From NCBI GenBank assembly GCA_965213625.1, contig CBDBZU010000004.1, forward strand, positions 416,001 through 480,000: 64,000 bases of DNA, written 5' to 3'. The translations under genes and the position numbers were made by a program. The notes under the pieces were generated by a model. The model searched no databases. It was not told where the DNA came from and saw nothing but the letters and a program-made list of their open reading frames with translations. Below, piece after piece: positions 49,813 to 59,313 of the stretch (the stretch's first letter is position 1; every line of letters starts with the position of its first letter). Source of the DNA: a bacterium. GTDB taxonomy: Bacteria; UBA8248.

Positions 49813-50553
49813 TCAGTTCACAGGCGGCCACAGGCGGCGGCCCACGCTCGGGCTGCCGGGCGCGTGGACGAGCGATCTCACCACCCGGCCCGACCACCCG
49901 CTCTCATCGAGCGAGAGGCTCTCGTGCTTCTGAAAGCCCTCCTCTCGCGCTTCGAGCGAGGTGAACTCATAAAAAATCGAATGCTTGGCCCAGCCGGCGG
50001 CGGAAAGCAGCTTCCGCGCGCCGATGCAGCCGGGCATCCCCTCCATGAATTTCAGGCGATACTGGGCGTACCACGCGCCGAGGTCGTGCTCCGCCTCCGC
50101 GTCCCGGGAGAGGAACTGCCCCATCTGAATCGCAGGGCCGGGCGTGATGCCGGGACCTCTTTTGGCGACGTCGGGGCCGTCGACGCGGGCCTCTTCGCTG
50201 AATATGCACTCGCGATACCCTGTGCGGAGGGCCAGCATCGCCCTTGTCTCATCGTCGTATTCTTTCGCGATATCGGCGAGCGTGGGGTCGAAAAACACGT
50301 GCGGAGAGACCGCCCCGATGAGGAGCACGTACCCCGTACCGCCGGGAACCTCACCCGGCGCGGCGTAGGTGAGCGCCGTGTTCTTCACCTGCTTCATCTG
50401 CGCTCCTTCGCCTTCAACCTCGTAATGCGCCGCCCACAAAAACCCCGCCCGCTCCAGCATGGCGGGCAGGTGCCGCCCGTGCAGCCACGCGCAGTAGTCT
50501 TCTCTTTTTTCTTCGGGCAGGTCGTACCAGGACGCCCAGATTCCTCGATCCAT
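49813..50553 (-). CDS. Hypothetical protein, probably two tandem dimeric alpha+beta barrel (EthD-like) domains
   Basis: Repeated pattern W...HLP.ML...GF and WY...RL..M..MPGCIGAR. Confidence 0.6.
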   Translation of the reverse strand: MDRGIWASWYDLPEEKREDYCAWLHGRHLPAMLERAGFLWAAHYEVEGEGAQMKQVKNTALTYAAPGEVPGGTGYVLLIGAVSPHVFFDPTLADIAKEYDDETRAMLALRTGYRECIFSEEARVDGPDVAKRGPGITPGPAIQMGQFLSRDAEAEHDLGAWYAQYRLKFMEGMPGCIGARKLLSAAGWAKHSIFYEFTSLEAREEGFQKHESLSLDESGWSGRVVRSLVHAPGSPSVGRRLWPPVN

Positions 50554-50585
50554 TGCAAGACTCCATCAATAAGATAGGTGAGATG

Positions 50586-50969
50586 CTACTGCACGAAGGT
50601 CGTGCCCGCCTTGTCCTGGTGGGAGCAGTTCCCGTAGGTGGCGATGAGTTCGGCGGGCTCGGTCTCGCTCGGGTTCTCCTGCCCGTGCGGCTCGCCCGCG
50701 GGCGCGTAGCAGAAATGCCCCGACTCGACGAGGATTCTTTCGGGGTTTTCCGGATCCCCAATATAGACGTAAATGGGCCCCTTGTTCACATAAAACACGG
50801 CGTCGCACGTGTGGGTGTGCATCTTGTTCTTCCCGCCGGGGGGGATGATGGTGCGCTGCATGGTCATGACCTTCGTGTCGGTCGTCTCGTCGTTCACCCC
50901 CCACATGATGGAATAGGGAGGCTCGTAAGCGTTGTCCTTGTCCACGCTCATGGAATTGATGATTTTCAT
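50586..50969 (-). CDS. Cupin-domain protein
   Basis: IPPGG...HTHTCD...YV.KG and PAGEPHGQEN motifs. Confidence 0.85.
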   Translation of the reverse strand: MKIINSMSVDKDNAYEPPYSIMWGVNDETTDTKVMTMQRTIIPPGGKNKMHTHTCDAVFYVNKGPIYVYIGDPENPERILVESGHFCYAPAGEPHGQENPSETEPAELIATYGNCSHQDKAGTTFVQ

Positions 50970-51160
50970 AAAACTTACTCTCCTTGAATCCTCGGGTAGC
51001 GCACGTGGCGCACATATGCGAACGGATGGGATGAAAGTTTGCTACTGCCAGCCGATTGATGAATAATACGCAAATCCATCGAACGACACCACTTCATCGG
51101 GCGATGAGAAACGCCTCCGGGTCGGCGGAGAAAAAACGACCCCATGCAACAGGACGCTCC

Positions 51161-51739
51161 ATGTCTTCGGACGAAGAATCAACCAGCGCGCCAAGCCCCA
51201 CCATGCTGCGCCTAGAAATCTATCTGGCCGGGGGGATGACGCTCCTCGCGGCGGGGTTCGCCATTTTCATGCCCTACTTGATCGCGTCGGGCGGCATCAC
51301 CTCCGCGCAGGATTTCCTGCGCCTCTCGCCCATATTCTTCCCGGAACTCGCATTCGCCGTGCTCGCCGTCCTGTGCGCCTTCTATACGCTGGACGCATGG
51401 CGGAGGGCGCGCTACATCCACTCCGTCGCGGATACGAACGAGGCGGAGCGCTTCCTGCGCGGGGCGAAGATGATCGTCATCGTCGCCGCTTATTCCCTTC
51501 TCGTGTCGGCGCTGGGCTACGGCCTGTCGACGCTCTTGATGGCCGGCGCGGTCATCTGGTACCTGGGCATACGGCAGATATGGATCGTCGCCTCCGTCTC
51601 CATTCTGATGCCCATCGTCGTGCGCTTCATCTTCGAGAGATTGCTGCTCATCTCGCTGCCGAGGAGCGACTACGAGGCCATCGCCGTCGTCGAGGACGCG
51701 ATCATGAAGTTCCTCTCCGGCGTATTTCTCGGGAAATAG
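51161..51739 (+). CDS. Tripartite tricarboxylate transporter small membrane subunit (TctB-like)
   Basis: TM helices, SPIFFP, FERLLLISLP; upstream of TctA. Confidence 0.8.
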   Translation: MSSDEESTSAPSPTMLRLEIYLAGGMTLLAAGFAIFMPYLIASGGITSAQDFLRLSPIFFPELAFAVLAVLCAFYTLDAWRRARYIHSVADTNEAERFLRGAKMIVIVAAYSLLVSALGYGLSTLLMAGAVIWYLGIRQIWIVASVSILMPIVVRFIFERLLLISLPRSDYEAIAVVEDAIMKFLSGVFLGK

Positions 51740-51751
51740 GGAGACCCGGCC

Positions 51752-53257
51752 TTGCTCGACGCCTTCCTCCAAGCCTTCGCACTCCTGATGCGCGTGGACA
51801 CCTATCTCTACATATGCGCCGGCCTGACCATCGGCATGTTCGTGGGCGCGATGCCCGGTCTCACCACCATCCTCGCCATGTCGGTCCTGCTGCCGATTTC
51901 CTTCAAGCTCGAACCCATGCTCGGCATCCCGTTTCTGATCGGCATCTACAAGGGCGGTATTTACGGGGGCAGCATTCCGGCGATTCTGGTCGGCATTCCG
52001 GGAACGGGCGCATCCATCGCTACGACCTTCGACGGCCCCGCGCTCACGCGCAAGGGCGAAGGACGAAAGGCGCTCGAAATGGCGCTGTTCTCCTCCACCA
52101 TCGCCGATACGCTCTCGGACATCTTCACCCTGGCGCTCATCGGTCCCATCGCCATCATCACGCTCTTGATCGGCCCGCCGGAAGTGTTCGCCGTCATCAT
52201 CTTTTCGTTAGTTCTCATCGCCAGCGTATCGAGCGATTCAGGCTTAAAGGGAGCCATTGCCGCCTGCATCGGCATGGGGCTCGGCTTCATCGGCACTGAC
52301 GCCACCACCGGCTCCACGCGAATGACGTTCGGCCTGGAAGCGCTGAGCGGCGGCATTCCCCTCATCCCGCTGGCCATCGGGATATTCGCGATGCCCGAGA
52401 TACTGGAAGCGGTCGAAACGCGCACCGTGCGCTTCATCAGCGAGCACGTGGACCTCGCCAAGGCGGGAGAACGGCTGCGCTGGCGCGAGTTCAAGGCGTC
52501 GATCCGCTCCATCCTGCGCTCGACCGCCATCGGCACTGGCATCGGCATGGTGCCGGGCGTGGGACAGGTTGTCGCCGCCTTCATCGGCTACAGCGCTGCG
52601 AAGCGCGCCTCCAAGAACCCGGAGAACTTCGGCAAGGGCGAACTCGACGGGATAGCTGCGCCCGAGGCCGCGAACAACGCCGTGAACGGCCCCACGCTGG
52701 TTCCCCTGTTGACGCTGGGCATTCCGGGAGACAACGTGACGGCCATCCTGCTGGGCGCTTTCGTGGCGCACGGCATGCGGCCGGGACCCCAGATATTCCA
52801 GGAACAAGGCGCGCTCATGTACGCGCTCATCCTCACGATGGTGCTGGCGAACGTGCTGTTCTTCTTCCTGGGCTACGTTCTTCTGAAACCCTTCGCCCGG
52901 GCCATTCAGTTCAAAAAGGCGTATCTCATCCCCGTCATCGTAGCGCTCGCCTTCGTGGGCACACTCTCCACGGGAGCGAACACCGACGTGATCCTGATGG
53001 TCATCATCGGCGTATGCGCCTATATTCTCAGAAAATTCAAGTTCGACCTGGCGCCTCTCATCATCGCTTTTGTGCTGGCAGAGCCGATAGAGTATCGTTT
53101 GAGCCAGTCGATGCTCTACGCGAAAGGGGCTCCATTTTGGTATCTTTTCGTTGAAAGACCGATAGCGTCCGCCTTTTTGGTGGCGGCGCTGGTCTGGGTC
53201 GCATTTCTCATTCTTCGCCCGATGTGGCAGCGCACCAAGGGGTCCGCCGCCTCATGA
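51752..53257 (+). CDS. Tripartite tricarboxylate transporter large permease (TctA-like)
   Basis: GAMPGL, YGGSIPAIL.GIPG, APEAANN, PLLTLGIPG. Confidence 0.92.
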   Translation: MLDAFLQAFALLMRVDTYLYICAGLTIGMFVGAMPGLTTILAMSVLLPISFKLEPMLGIPFLIGIYKGGIYGGSIPAILVGIPGTGASIATTFDGPALTRKGEGRKALEMALFSSTIADTLSDIFTLALIGPIAIITLLIGPPEVFAVIIFSLVLIASVSSDSGLKGAIAACIGMGLGFIGTDATTGSTRMTFGLEALSGGIPLIPLAIGIFAMPEILEAVETRTVRFISEHVDLAKAGERLRWREFKASIRSILRSTAIGTGIGMVPGVGQVVAAFIGYSAAKRASKNPENFGKGELDGIAAPEAANNAVNGPTLVPLLTLGIPGDNVTAILLGAFVAHGMRPGPQIFQEQGALMYALILTMVLANVLFFFLGYVLLKPFARAIQFKKAYLIPVIVALAFVGTLSTGANTDVILMVIIGVCAYILRKFKFDLAPLIIAFVLAEPIEYRLSQSMLYAKGAPFWYLFVERPIASAFLVAALVWVAFLILRPMWQRTKGSAAS

Positions 53258-53283
53258 AGGCAAATACATCAAAGGAGATCATC

Positions 53284-54264
53284 ATGAAAAAACGCTTATT
53301 CGCCATCGCGGCCGCGCTGGTACTGTTCGTCGCGCTGGGTCTGCCCTCCGCGAGCACGGCGGCCTATCCCGACAGGCCCATCACGCTCGTTCTGCCCGTG
53401 GGCGCGGGCGGCAGCCACGACCTCCACGCGCGCGGCATCACCAGCATCATCGCCGACATCCTCGGCCAGCCCATGGTCGTGAAGCTCGTGCCGGGCGGCG
53501 CGGGCATGAAGGGTACCGGCTTCGTAGCCAAGGCCAAGCCGGACGGCTACACCCTGCTCTTCACCCACAACGGGTTCGACCAGCTCGTGCCGCAGACGCG
53601 CAAGGTGCCCTTCAACACGCTGCGCGACTTCTCGGCCGTCGCCAAGATCAACCACGGGCAGCCGGTGTTCTTCTCGCTCGCGAACCGGCCGTGGAAGAAC
53701 ATGAAGGAATTCGTCGCCTACGCCAAGAAAAACCCCGGCAAGGTCAACTGGGGCCACAGCGGCGTATGGGGCGCGGGCCACGTGCCCTCCATGCAGTTCG
53801 TCCGCGCTGCGGGCATCAAGGTGAACTTCATTCCGCATAAAGGCGGCGGCCCCGCACTGCGCGCCGTCCTCTCGGGCCAGGACGACGTGGGCATCGCCTT
53901 CCCGACCCAGCTTCGCCCCCACAAGAAGTCCGGAAAGGTCACCGTGCTCGCGCTCACCGGAAACACGCGCCTCTCGAAGGACAAGGACTTCAAGGAAGTC
54001 CCGACCACGGAAGAACTCGGCTACAAGGGCGTGGGCTTCACGATGGACCGCATCTTCATGGCGCCTGCCAAGACGCCCGCCGACAGGCTGAAGAAGCTCC
54101 GCGGCGCATTCGAGATGCTCACGAAGAACAAATCCTTCAAGCGCTTCATGCGCAGCATCGGCGAAAACGTGGTTTTCGTGAGCGGCGCGGACTATGAGAA
54201 GTCCAGAAAGCCGAACTACGACGGCTACACGAAACTCATCAAAGCCATGACGATGAAGAAATAG
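53284..54264 (+). CDS. Tripartite tricarboxylate transporter substrate-binding protein (TctC/Bug)
   Basis: YPDRPITLV.P.GAGG, PGGAG, AKPDGYTL, HKGGG. Confidence 0.92.
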   Translation: MKKRLFAIAAALVLFVALGLPSASTAAYPDRPITLVLPVGAGGSHDLHARGITSIIADILGQPMVVKLVPGGAGMKGTGFVAKAKPDGYTLLFTHNGFDQLVPQTRKVPFNTLRDFSAVAKINHGQPVFFSLANRPWKNMKEFVAYAKKNPGKVNWGHSGVWGAGHVPSMQFVRAAGIKVNFIPHKGGGPALRAVLSGQDDVGIAFPTQLRPHKKSGKVTVLALTGNTRLSKDKDFKEVPTTEELGYKGVGFTMDRIFMAPAKTPADRLKKLRGAFEMLTKNKSFKRFMRSIGENVVFVSGADYEKSRKPNYDGYTKLIKAMTMKK

Positions 54265-54287
54265 GTCTCCGAGACCCAGCATCATTC

Positions 54288-54337
54288 AGGGGATGAGCGG
54301 CTCAAGTTATCGCACGCCGCTCATCCCCTTTGTTTTT
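54288..54337 (+). terminator. Intrinsic terminator after the tct operon
   Basis: AGGGGATGAGCGGC ... GCCGCTCATCCCCT stem followed by TTGTTTTT. Confidence 0.75.
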
Positions 54338-54511
54338 CAAAAACACAGCGATATCTCTCCCGCAACGAGCGATCTTAAGATTTAGGCCAGCCTCTCGTTC
54401 CCGACTCCCGTCGCCGCTTGGCGAAACGAAGACTCCAAGCTATATTTCCCCCCGAACGAGGAAAGACCGGATTTCCACTCACTAAAAACCACGCGCAGGG
54501 AGGCTCCTGTT

Positions 54512-54931
54512 TTGGCCGACATCATCACAGGCATGATCAAACGCTACGCGACAGACGACCGCTTCACCCCCGAACCCGACCCTTCGGGCCGCTCCATCCG
54601 CCTCGTCGTGAACGAGGTCTGCTGGTTCGATATGGTGAAAAACGAGACCGACGGCAAGCTCCGCATCAGCTTCGCCACCGCTGACCGCTACATGAACGAG
54701 GACATCGAACTCGCCATCCTCGACAGCAAGGACCCGATTGACGATTTCGTGTACGACGGAATGGAGGAAGCGGGCGAGGAGGAAGAGCACAAGGTGGAGC
54801 ACTACCACGACGGCGTGTTCCGCTACGCCATCGACCTGCCACTCGACAAGCCGGGCGTGGACGAGCAGGCGGCGCGGGTGCTCGACGGGCTGTTCTACAC
54901 GTTCGAGGAGTTCGCCGAGGGCGACGACTAG
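54512..54931 (+). CDS. Hypothetical acidic protein
   Basis: TTG start after GGAGG; host-like codon usage; about a quarter Asp/Glu. Confidence 0.7.
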   Translation: MADIITGMIKRYATDDRFTPEPDPSGRSIRLVVNEVCWFDMVKNETDGKLRISFATADRYMNEDIELAILDSKDPIDDFVYDGMEEAGEEEEHKVEHYHDGVFRYAIDLPLDKPGVDEQAARVLDGLFYTFEEFAEGDD

Positions 54932-55089
54932 CCTTTCATACTTCTCATACTTCGCGGCGAGAGCCCGAGAAGCTTGATTCCCGGTCGCCACGCTGTCTGG
55001 TGCGCATCCGGCCCGGATTGATTAAAGAATTATATACATGCCTTTACTGCGGTGTTCCATGCGCCGAGTGCGATAGGAAATGATGGAAT

Positions 55090-55509
55090 CACTCCCCCCT
55101 TGAGGGGGAGTCGATGAAGCCAAGCGGATTATGCGAAGGCTGAATCGGTGGGGGGACATGCCACAGAGCAAACCTCCCCCCACCACATCGGCCTTCGTCC
55201 AAAGCACTCGGCCTCTGTGACTCCCCCTCAAGGGGGAGTGAATTACTCTCTCGTCGGACGGCAAGAACTCTCAAAGGGGGAGTGGAATTTAGCGCACTCC
55301 TTCTGTGCAGTTTTTCAACAGCACCGAGAAGGGGAGAGTGGATTTCCCCTACTCCTTGGCTGACAAAACCCTTATATGATCGAACCCGATGGAAAAAGAG
55401 GCCGTAGGGACAGGTCGCGACCTGTCCCTACAAAATCTACAAGACTCCATTGTTGTATTTTCTCATCGGGCTTTCCCCTCGGGATACCCGACCCCTCAAA
55501 GGGAAGTGA
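55090..55509. repeat. Repeat cluster: family D pair (55090-55240), family A REP (55404-55431), inverted copy of the 2527-2573 element (about 55463-55509)
   Basis: Direct sequence matches to copies elsewhere in the window. Confidence 0.8.
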
Positions 55510-55563
55510 AAAAACAAAAACTGAAACAAGAAGTCTTCAACTGAAGTATAAAATTTCCATTGA

Positions 55564-55983
55564 TTAAGGAGTATCGCCCAGAACCTGGACTTCCACCCGC
55601 CTGTTCCTCGGGCGGTTGTCGAAATCGACCAGGACAACCTGCTGCCATTTCCCGGTGACAAGCGCGCCTCCCCGGATGGGCAAAGCAAGGCTCGGCCCCA
55701 GCAGGGCGGCGCGGACGTGGGAGAAGCCGTTCCCGTCTCCTGAGAGAACGTGCGCGTAATCCAAGTCCTCGGGCGCCAGGCGGGCGATCGCCTCTTTCAG
55801 GTCAGAAACCGTTCCCGGCTCATACTCCATCGTCGTGAGACCCGCCGTCGAGCCGGGCGTGAATGCCAGGGCGATTCCGCTTTGCACCTTGCTTGCCAAA
55901 ACGATGAGCTCGATCTTGATCGTGATATCCAGAACGTCCGTCCACCCTTTCGTCTCGATTACGAAGCCATCTTCATACGCCAC
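55564..55983 (-). CDS. yjbQ: YjbQ/UPF0047 family protein
   Basis: GSTAGLTTMEYEPG, GNGFSHVRAALLG, GKWQQV...DFD; GTG start after GAGGAGG. Confidence 0.88.
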   Translation of the reverse strand: MAYEDGFVIETKGWTDVLDITIKIELIVLASKVQSGIALAFTPGSTAGLTTMEYEPGTVSDLKEAIARLAPEDLDYAHVLSGDGNGFSHVRAALLGPSLALPIRGGALVTGKWQQVVLVDFDNRPRNRRVEVQVLGDTP

Positions 55984-56057
55984 CGGAAAACCTCCTCGAT
56001 TTAAGATTGCGCCGAGAAGCCCCACGGGATAATCCCGAATTATGAAAAAATGAGGCG

Positions 56058-56090
56058 AAAAAAAGCGGCCCCCGTTAGAGAGCCGCTTTT
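56058..56090 (-). terminator. Intrinsic terminator after citrate synthase
   Basis: AAAAAAAGCGGC-loop-GCCGCTTTT. Confidence 0.75.
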
Positions 56091-56107
56091 CGGTTTGCTT
56101 ATTGAAT

Positions 56108-57277
56108 CTAGCCGCGCTCGCCAATCGGCGTGTATTGCGACTCCAGGTCGCCGATGTAAACCGCGCGGGGCCTGAAGAGCCGGTTGTCGGGCAGATATTC
56201 GAGAATGCGCGCCGACCACCCGGCGATGCGCGGCACGGCGAAGATGGGCGTGAACATGTCCGTGTCGATGCCCATTGCGTCGTAGATGATACCCGAGAAG
56301 AAATCGACGTTGGGGAAGATGCCCTTGCCGCCCAAGTCCGCCACCACGAGGGCTTCGAGCTTTTTCGCGATCTCGTAGAGATGGCTCGTGCCGGCGCGTT
56401 CGGAAAACTCCTTGGCGATGGGGTCGAACAGGCGCGCCCTCGGGTCGTAAGCCTTGTAGACGCGGTGGCCGAAGCCCATCACCTTCACCTTCTTCTCTTT
56501 CGCCGCTGCGAACCAGTCTTCCGTCGTGGCGGGGTCTCCGATCTCCTGGAACGTGCGCAGCGTGGCCTCGTTCGCGCCGCCGTGCAATGGCCCCTTGAGC
56601 GAGCCGATACCTGCGACAATGGAACTGTAGAAATCAGTCAAAGAACTGTTCGTGACCATGGAGGAGAAGGTGGAGGCGTTCATGCCGTGTTCGGCGTGGA
56701 TGATGAGGGCCATATCCATCACCTCCACGGTGCGCGCGTCCGGCGTCTCGCCCGTCATCATGCTCAGGAAATCCTCCGACAAACCCTTCGAGGGGTCGGG
56801 CTCGATGAGGAACTCGCCCCTTCTCGCCCGCTGGATGGCCGCCACGAGGGTGGGGAACTGCGCCGTGAGCGTGAGGGCGATATCGTAATCGTTCTCCACC
56901 GTCACCTCGAATTCCTTCGGGTTCAGGCAGCCGAGCATGGAGACGGCGGTGCGCAGCGAGCTCATGGGGTGGCACGTGCCGGCGATTTGCACGATCAGGT
57001 CTTTCACCGGCTGGGGGATGGGCCGGCGCAAGGCAAGATCGGCATTGAAGACGTCGAGCTCCGCCCGGGTGGGCAATTTTCCGTTCAGCAGCAGGTAGGC
57101 CGTTTCCTCGTAGCCCCCGCCTCCGGCGCAGAGGTCGTCGATGCTGTATCCGCGATAGATGAGCTTGCCGTTCGCTCCATCCACGTAGCTGATGGCGCTC
57201 TCGTTCGTGATGGCCCCTTCGAGACCCTTTTTGAATTCCACACTTCCAACGAATTGGCGGGGTTTTTCTTCAGCCAT
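56108..57277 (-). CDS. Citrate synthase / methylcitrate synthase family (type I-like)
   Basis: GKLIYRGY, HAEHGMNAST, GPLHGGAN, MGFGHRVYK.YDPR, FPNVDF. Confidence 0.93.
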   Translation of the reverse strand: MAEEKPRQFVGSVEFKKGLEGAITNESAISYVDGANGKLIYRGYSIDDLCAGGGGYEETAYLLLNGKLPTRAELDVFNADLALRRPIPQPVKDLIVQIAGTCHPMSSLRTAVSMLGCLNPKEFEVTVENDYDIALTLTAQFPTLVAAIQRARRGEFLIEPDPSKGLSEDFLSMMTGETPDARTVEVMDMALIIHAEHGMNASTFSSMVTNSSLTDFYSSIVAGIGSLKGPLHGGANEATLRTFQEIGDPATTEDWFAAAKEKKVKVMGFGHRVYKAYDPRARLFDPIAKEFSERAGTSHLYEIAKKLEALVVADLGGKGIFPNVDFFSGIIYDAMGIDTDMFTPIFAVPRIAGWSARILEYLPDNRLFRPRAVYIGDLESQYTPIGERG

Positions 57278-57586
57278 GGGCGTCTCCAAGCGCAAGATGA
57301 TGAATCGGCTCCAAGAATACTTTAATTATCAGCAGGTTCCGTCATGCTGCTCGCGCGCGCGAAACCGCCGCTAATAAAAGTATACTGTATACAATTGAAT
57401 GAGTTACAATAAGACTTATACTATACAAACATTTCATCCCGCCATGCAAACTGGGTTGATAGAATTACATGCCGGGGCTTCGCTTGACACCCCCGCTCGC
57501 GACCTTAGAAAATTTCTTCGAGCAGACTCTGTGTCTGCCCGACAAGAGAACGACAAATCCCCCGTACCAGACAGGAAACCCGGACC

Positions 57587-58321
57587 ATGGCCCGACTGAC
57601 CGATTACAAGGTACTGACGTTCGACTGCTACGGCACCCTCATCGACTGGGAGGCCGGCATATGGGATGCGCTGCAGCCGCTCATCATGGGTGGCGGCAAC
57701 GCGGATGTGACACGCGAGGCCGCGCTCTTAGCCTTTGCGAAATGGGAAGCCCACCACGAGCACGCCTCGCCCGAGCTTCGCTATCCCGACCTCTTGGTCA
57801 AAGTCCACCGGAGCATGGCCGAGAGCCTTAGGCTAGAGACGAGTGATGCGCTCGATGAGGCGTTCGGCGCATCCGTGCCGCTGTGGCCGGCGTTCGCCGA
57901 TACTGCGGACGCGCTGCGCGCCTTGAAGCGGCGCTACAAGCTCGTCATCCTTTCGAACGTCCACCGCGAGGGCTTCGCCGCCTCGAACCGCAAGCTGGGC
58001 GTCGCGTTCGACGCGGTCTACACCGCCGAGGACATCGGCACATACAAGCCCGCCGACGCCAACTTCGAGTATCTCCTATCGCACCTGAAATCGGACTTCG
58101 GGCTGGAGCGCACAGACGTCCTCCACACCGCGCAGAGCCTGCGCCACGACCATGCGCCCGCAAACCGGTTCGGCCTCGCCAACGCCTGGATCGACCGGCA
58201 GAGGCTCTCAGAGGGAGGAAGCTGGGGCGCGACGGAGAAAGTCGAGAATATGCCGACGACCGACTTCATCTTCTTCTCGATGGGCGAGATGGCCGCTGCG
58301 GTGGAAGCAGAGGGGGGTTAG
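57587..58321 (+). CDS. HAD-superfamily hydrolase (haloacid dehalogenase type II-like)
   Basis: TFDCYGTLIDWE, ILSNV, YKP, HTAQSLRHD. Confidence 0.9.
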   Translation: MARLTDYKVLTFDCYGTLIDWEAGIWDALQPLIMGGGNADVTREAALLAFAKWEAHHEHASPELRYPDLLVKVHRSMAESLRLETSDALDEAFGASVPLWPAFADTADALRALKRRYKLVILSNVHREGFAASNRKLGVAFDAVYTAEDIGTYKPADANFEYLLSHLKSDFGLERTDVLHTAQSLRHDHAPANRFGLANAWIDRQRLSEGGSWGATEKVENMPTTDFIFFSMGEMAAAVEAEGG

Positions 58322-58342
58322 GGGGGTAGAAATTCAACTCAT

Positions 58343-58906
58343 TTACTCCCCTTCAAGTTGTTCCGTGATTGCGTTACGAAGTGGCGTCTGAATCGAATTT
58401 GGTGCTTTTTTTATATAGTCAAGCGCATTCGAACTAACATAGTTATCTAGGCTTTTTAGATATTGCAAAGCACTATGAACTGAAAAGGCATCACCTGTTT
58501 CTTTTTTGAAGTTACAAGGAAGGTCCGTCCAAACAACTCCGTATAGCCCACGTTCAATTGCCCAAGAGCGGATTGCCGAGAGCGATCTGCAATCGAAACT
58601 GTGTTCGTCTCCTCCAATAGAAAATCTACCTATATATCTACATTTGGTTTTTTCTCGTTTTTTTAGATCTTGTATGACGTCACTAATATCTGTTCGACCG
58701 CTCAGGGTCCAGCAGACTGAATTGGTAAATCCATTGTCTGGATCTATGACCAGCGTTAGGGCACCACTTCGGGACGAAGAAATTCTGGAAAATTCTAGCT
58801 TGAGTTTAGGGCCATTACATTGCCAAGGCTCGTGCAAGTCGTCGAATTGCTTATCGTTATCCCAAAGGAGGGAACCCCAACCAAGCAAAGCTATGCGTTT
58901 TTCCAT
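58343..58906 (-). CDS. Hypothetical AT-rich protein with GWGSL motif (possible gamma-glutamylcyclotransferase-like fold)
   Basis: 187-aa ORF, IALLGWGSLLWD, LEFSRIS, LTLVID, VVWTDL; composition differs from flanks. Confidence 0.7.
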   Translation of the reverse strand: MEKRIALLGWGSLLWDNDKQFDDLHEPWQCNGPKLKLEFSRISSSRSGALTLVIDPDNGFTNSVCWTLSGRTDISDVIQDLKKREKTKCRYIGRFSIGGDEHSFDCRSLSAIRSWAIERGLYGVVWTDLPCNFKKETGDAFSVHSALQYLKSLDNYVSSNALDYIKKAPNSIQTPLRNAITEQLEGE

Positions 58907-58950
58907 GCGATCATTTCCCAGTATTTTGTTGTCCTCTTAGGTGCCAACTC

Positions 58951-59313
58951 TCAACCCCGCCGCGCGAGCCACCACGCCCCCGCCCAGACGGGCAGGCTTA
59001 AAATCACCGCGAAGACGGCGATGGCTATCGGGCCGAGCAATCCCGCCACCAGCGACGCCGCCACCGTGACGACGCCGAGTATGACCCCCGCCATCCAGGC
59101 GTCGCGGCGGTAGCCCAGCCGCCACAGCCGCCGGCACCCCAGCGCCAGCGGCAGGCCGCAAGGCGCGACCGGGAGGAGCGACCCCATCGCCATCGGCAAC
59201 GACATCCAGAAACCGGGCTCTGCGCCGAAGCGCACGAGCGCAGTCGCGATCACCCCGGCAGGCAGCCACAAGAGCGCCAGCGCCCAGAAGCCGAACCGAT
59301 CCACCCGACTCAT
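58951..59313 (-). CDS. Small hypothetical membrane protein, last gene of the polyamine operon
   Basis: Hydrophobic 120-aa ORF; ATG overlaps the agmatinase stop (ATGA). Confidence 0.6.
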   Translation of the reverse strand: MSRVDRFGFWALALLWLPAGVIATALVRFGAEPGFWMSLPMAMGSLLPVAPCGLPLALGCRRLWRLGYRRDAWMAGVILGVVTVAASLVAGLLGPIAIAVFAVILSLPVWAGAWWLARRG

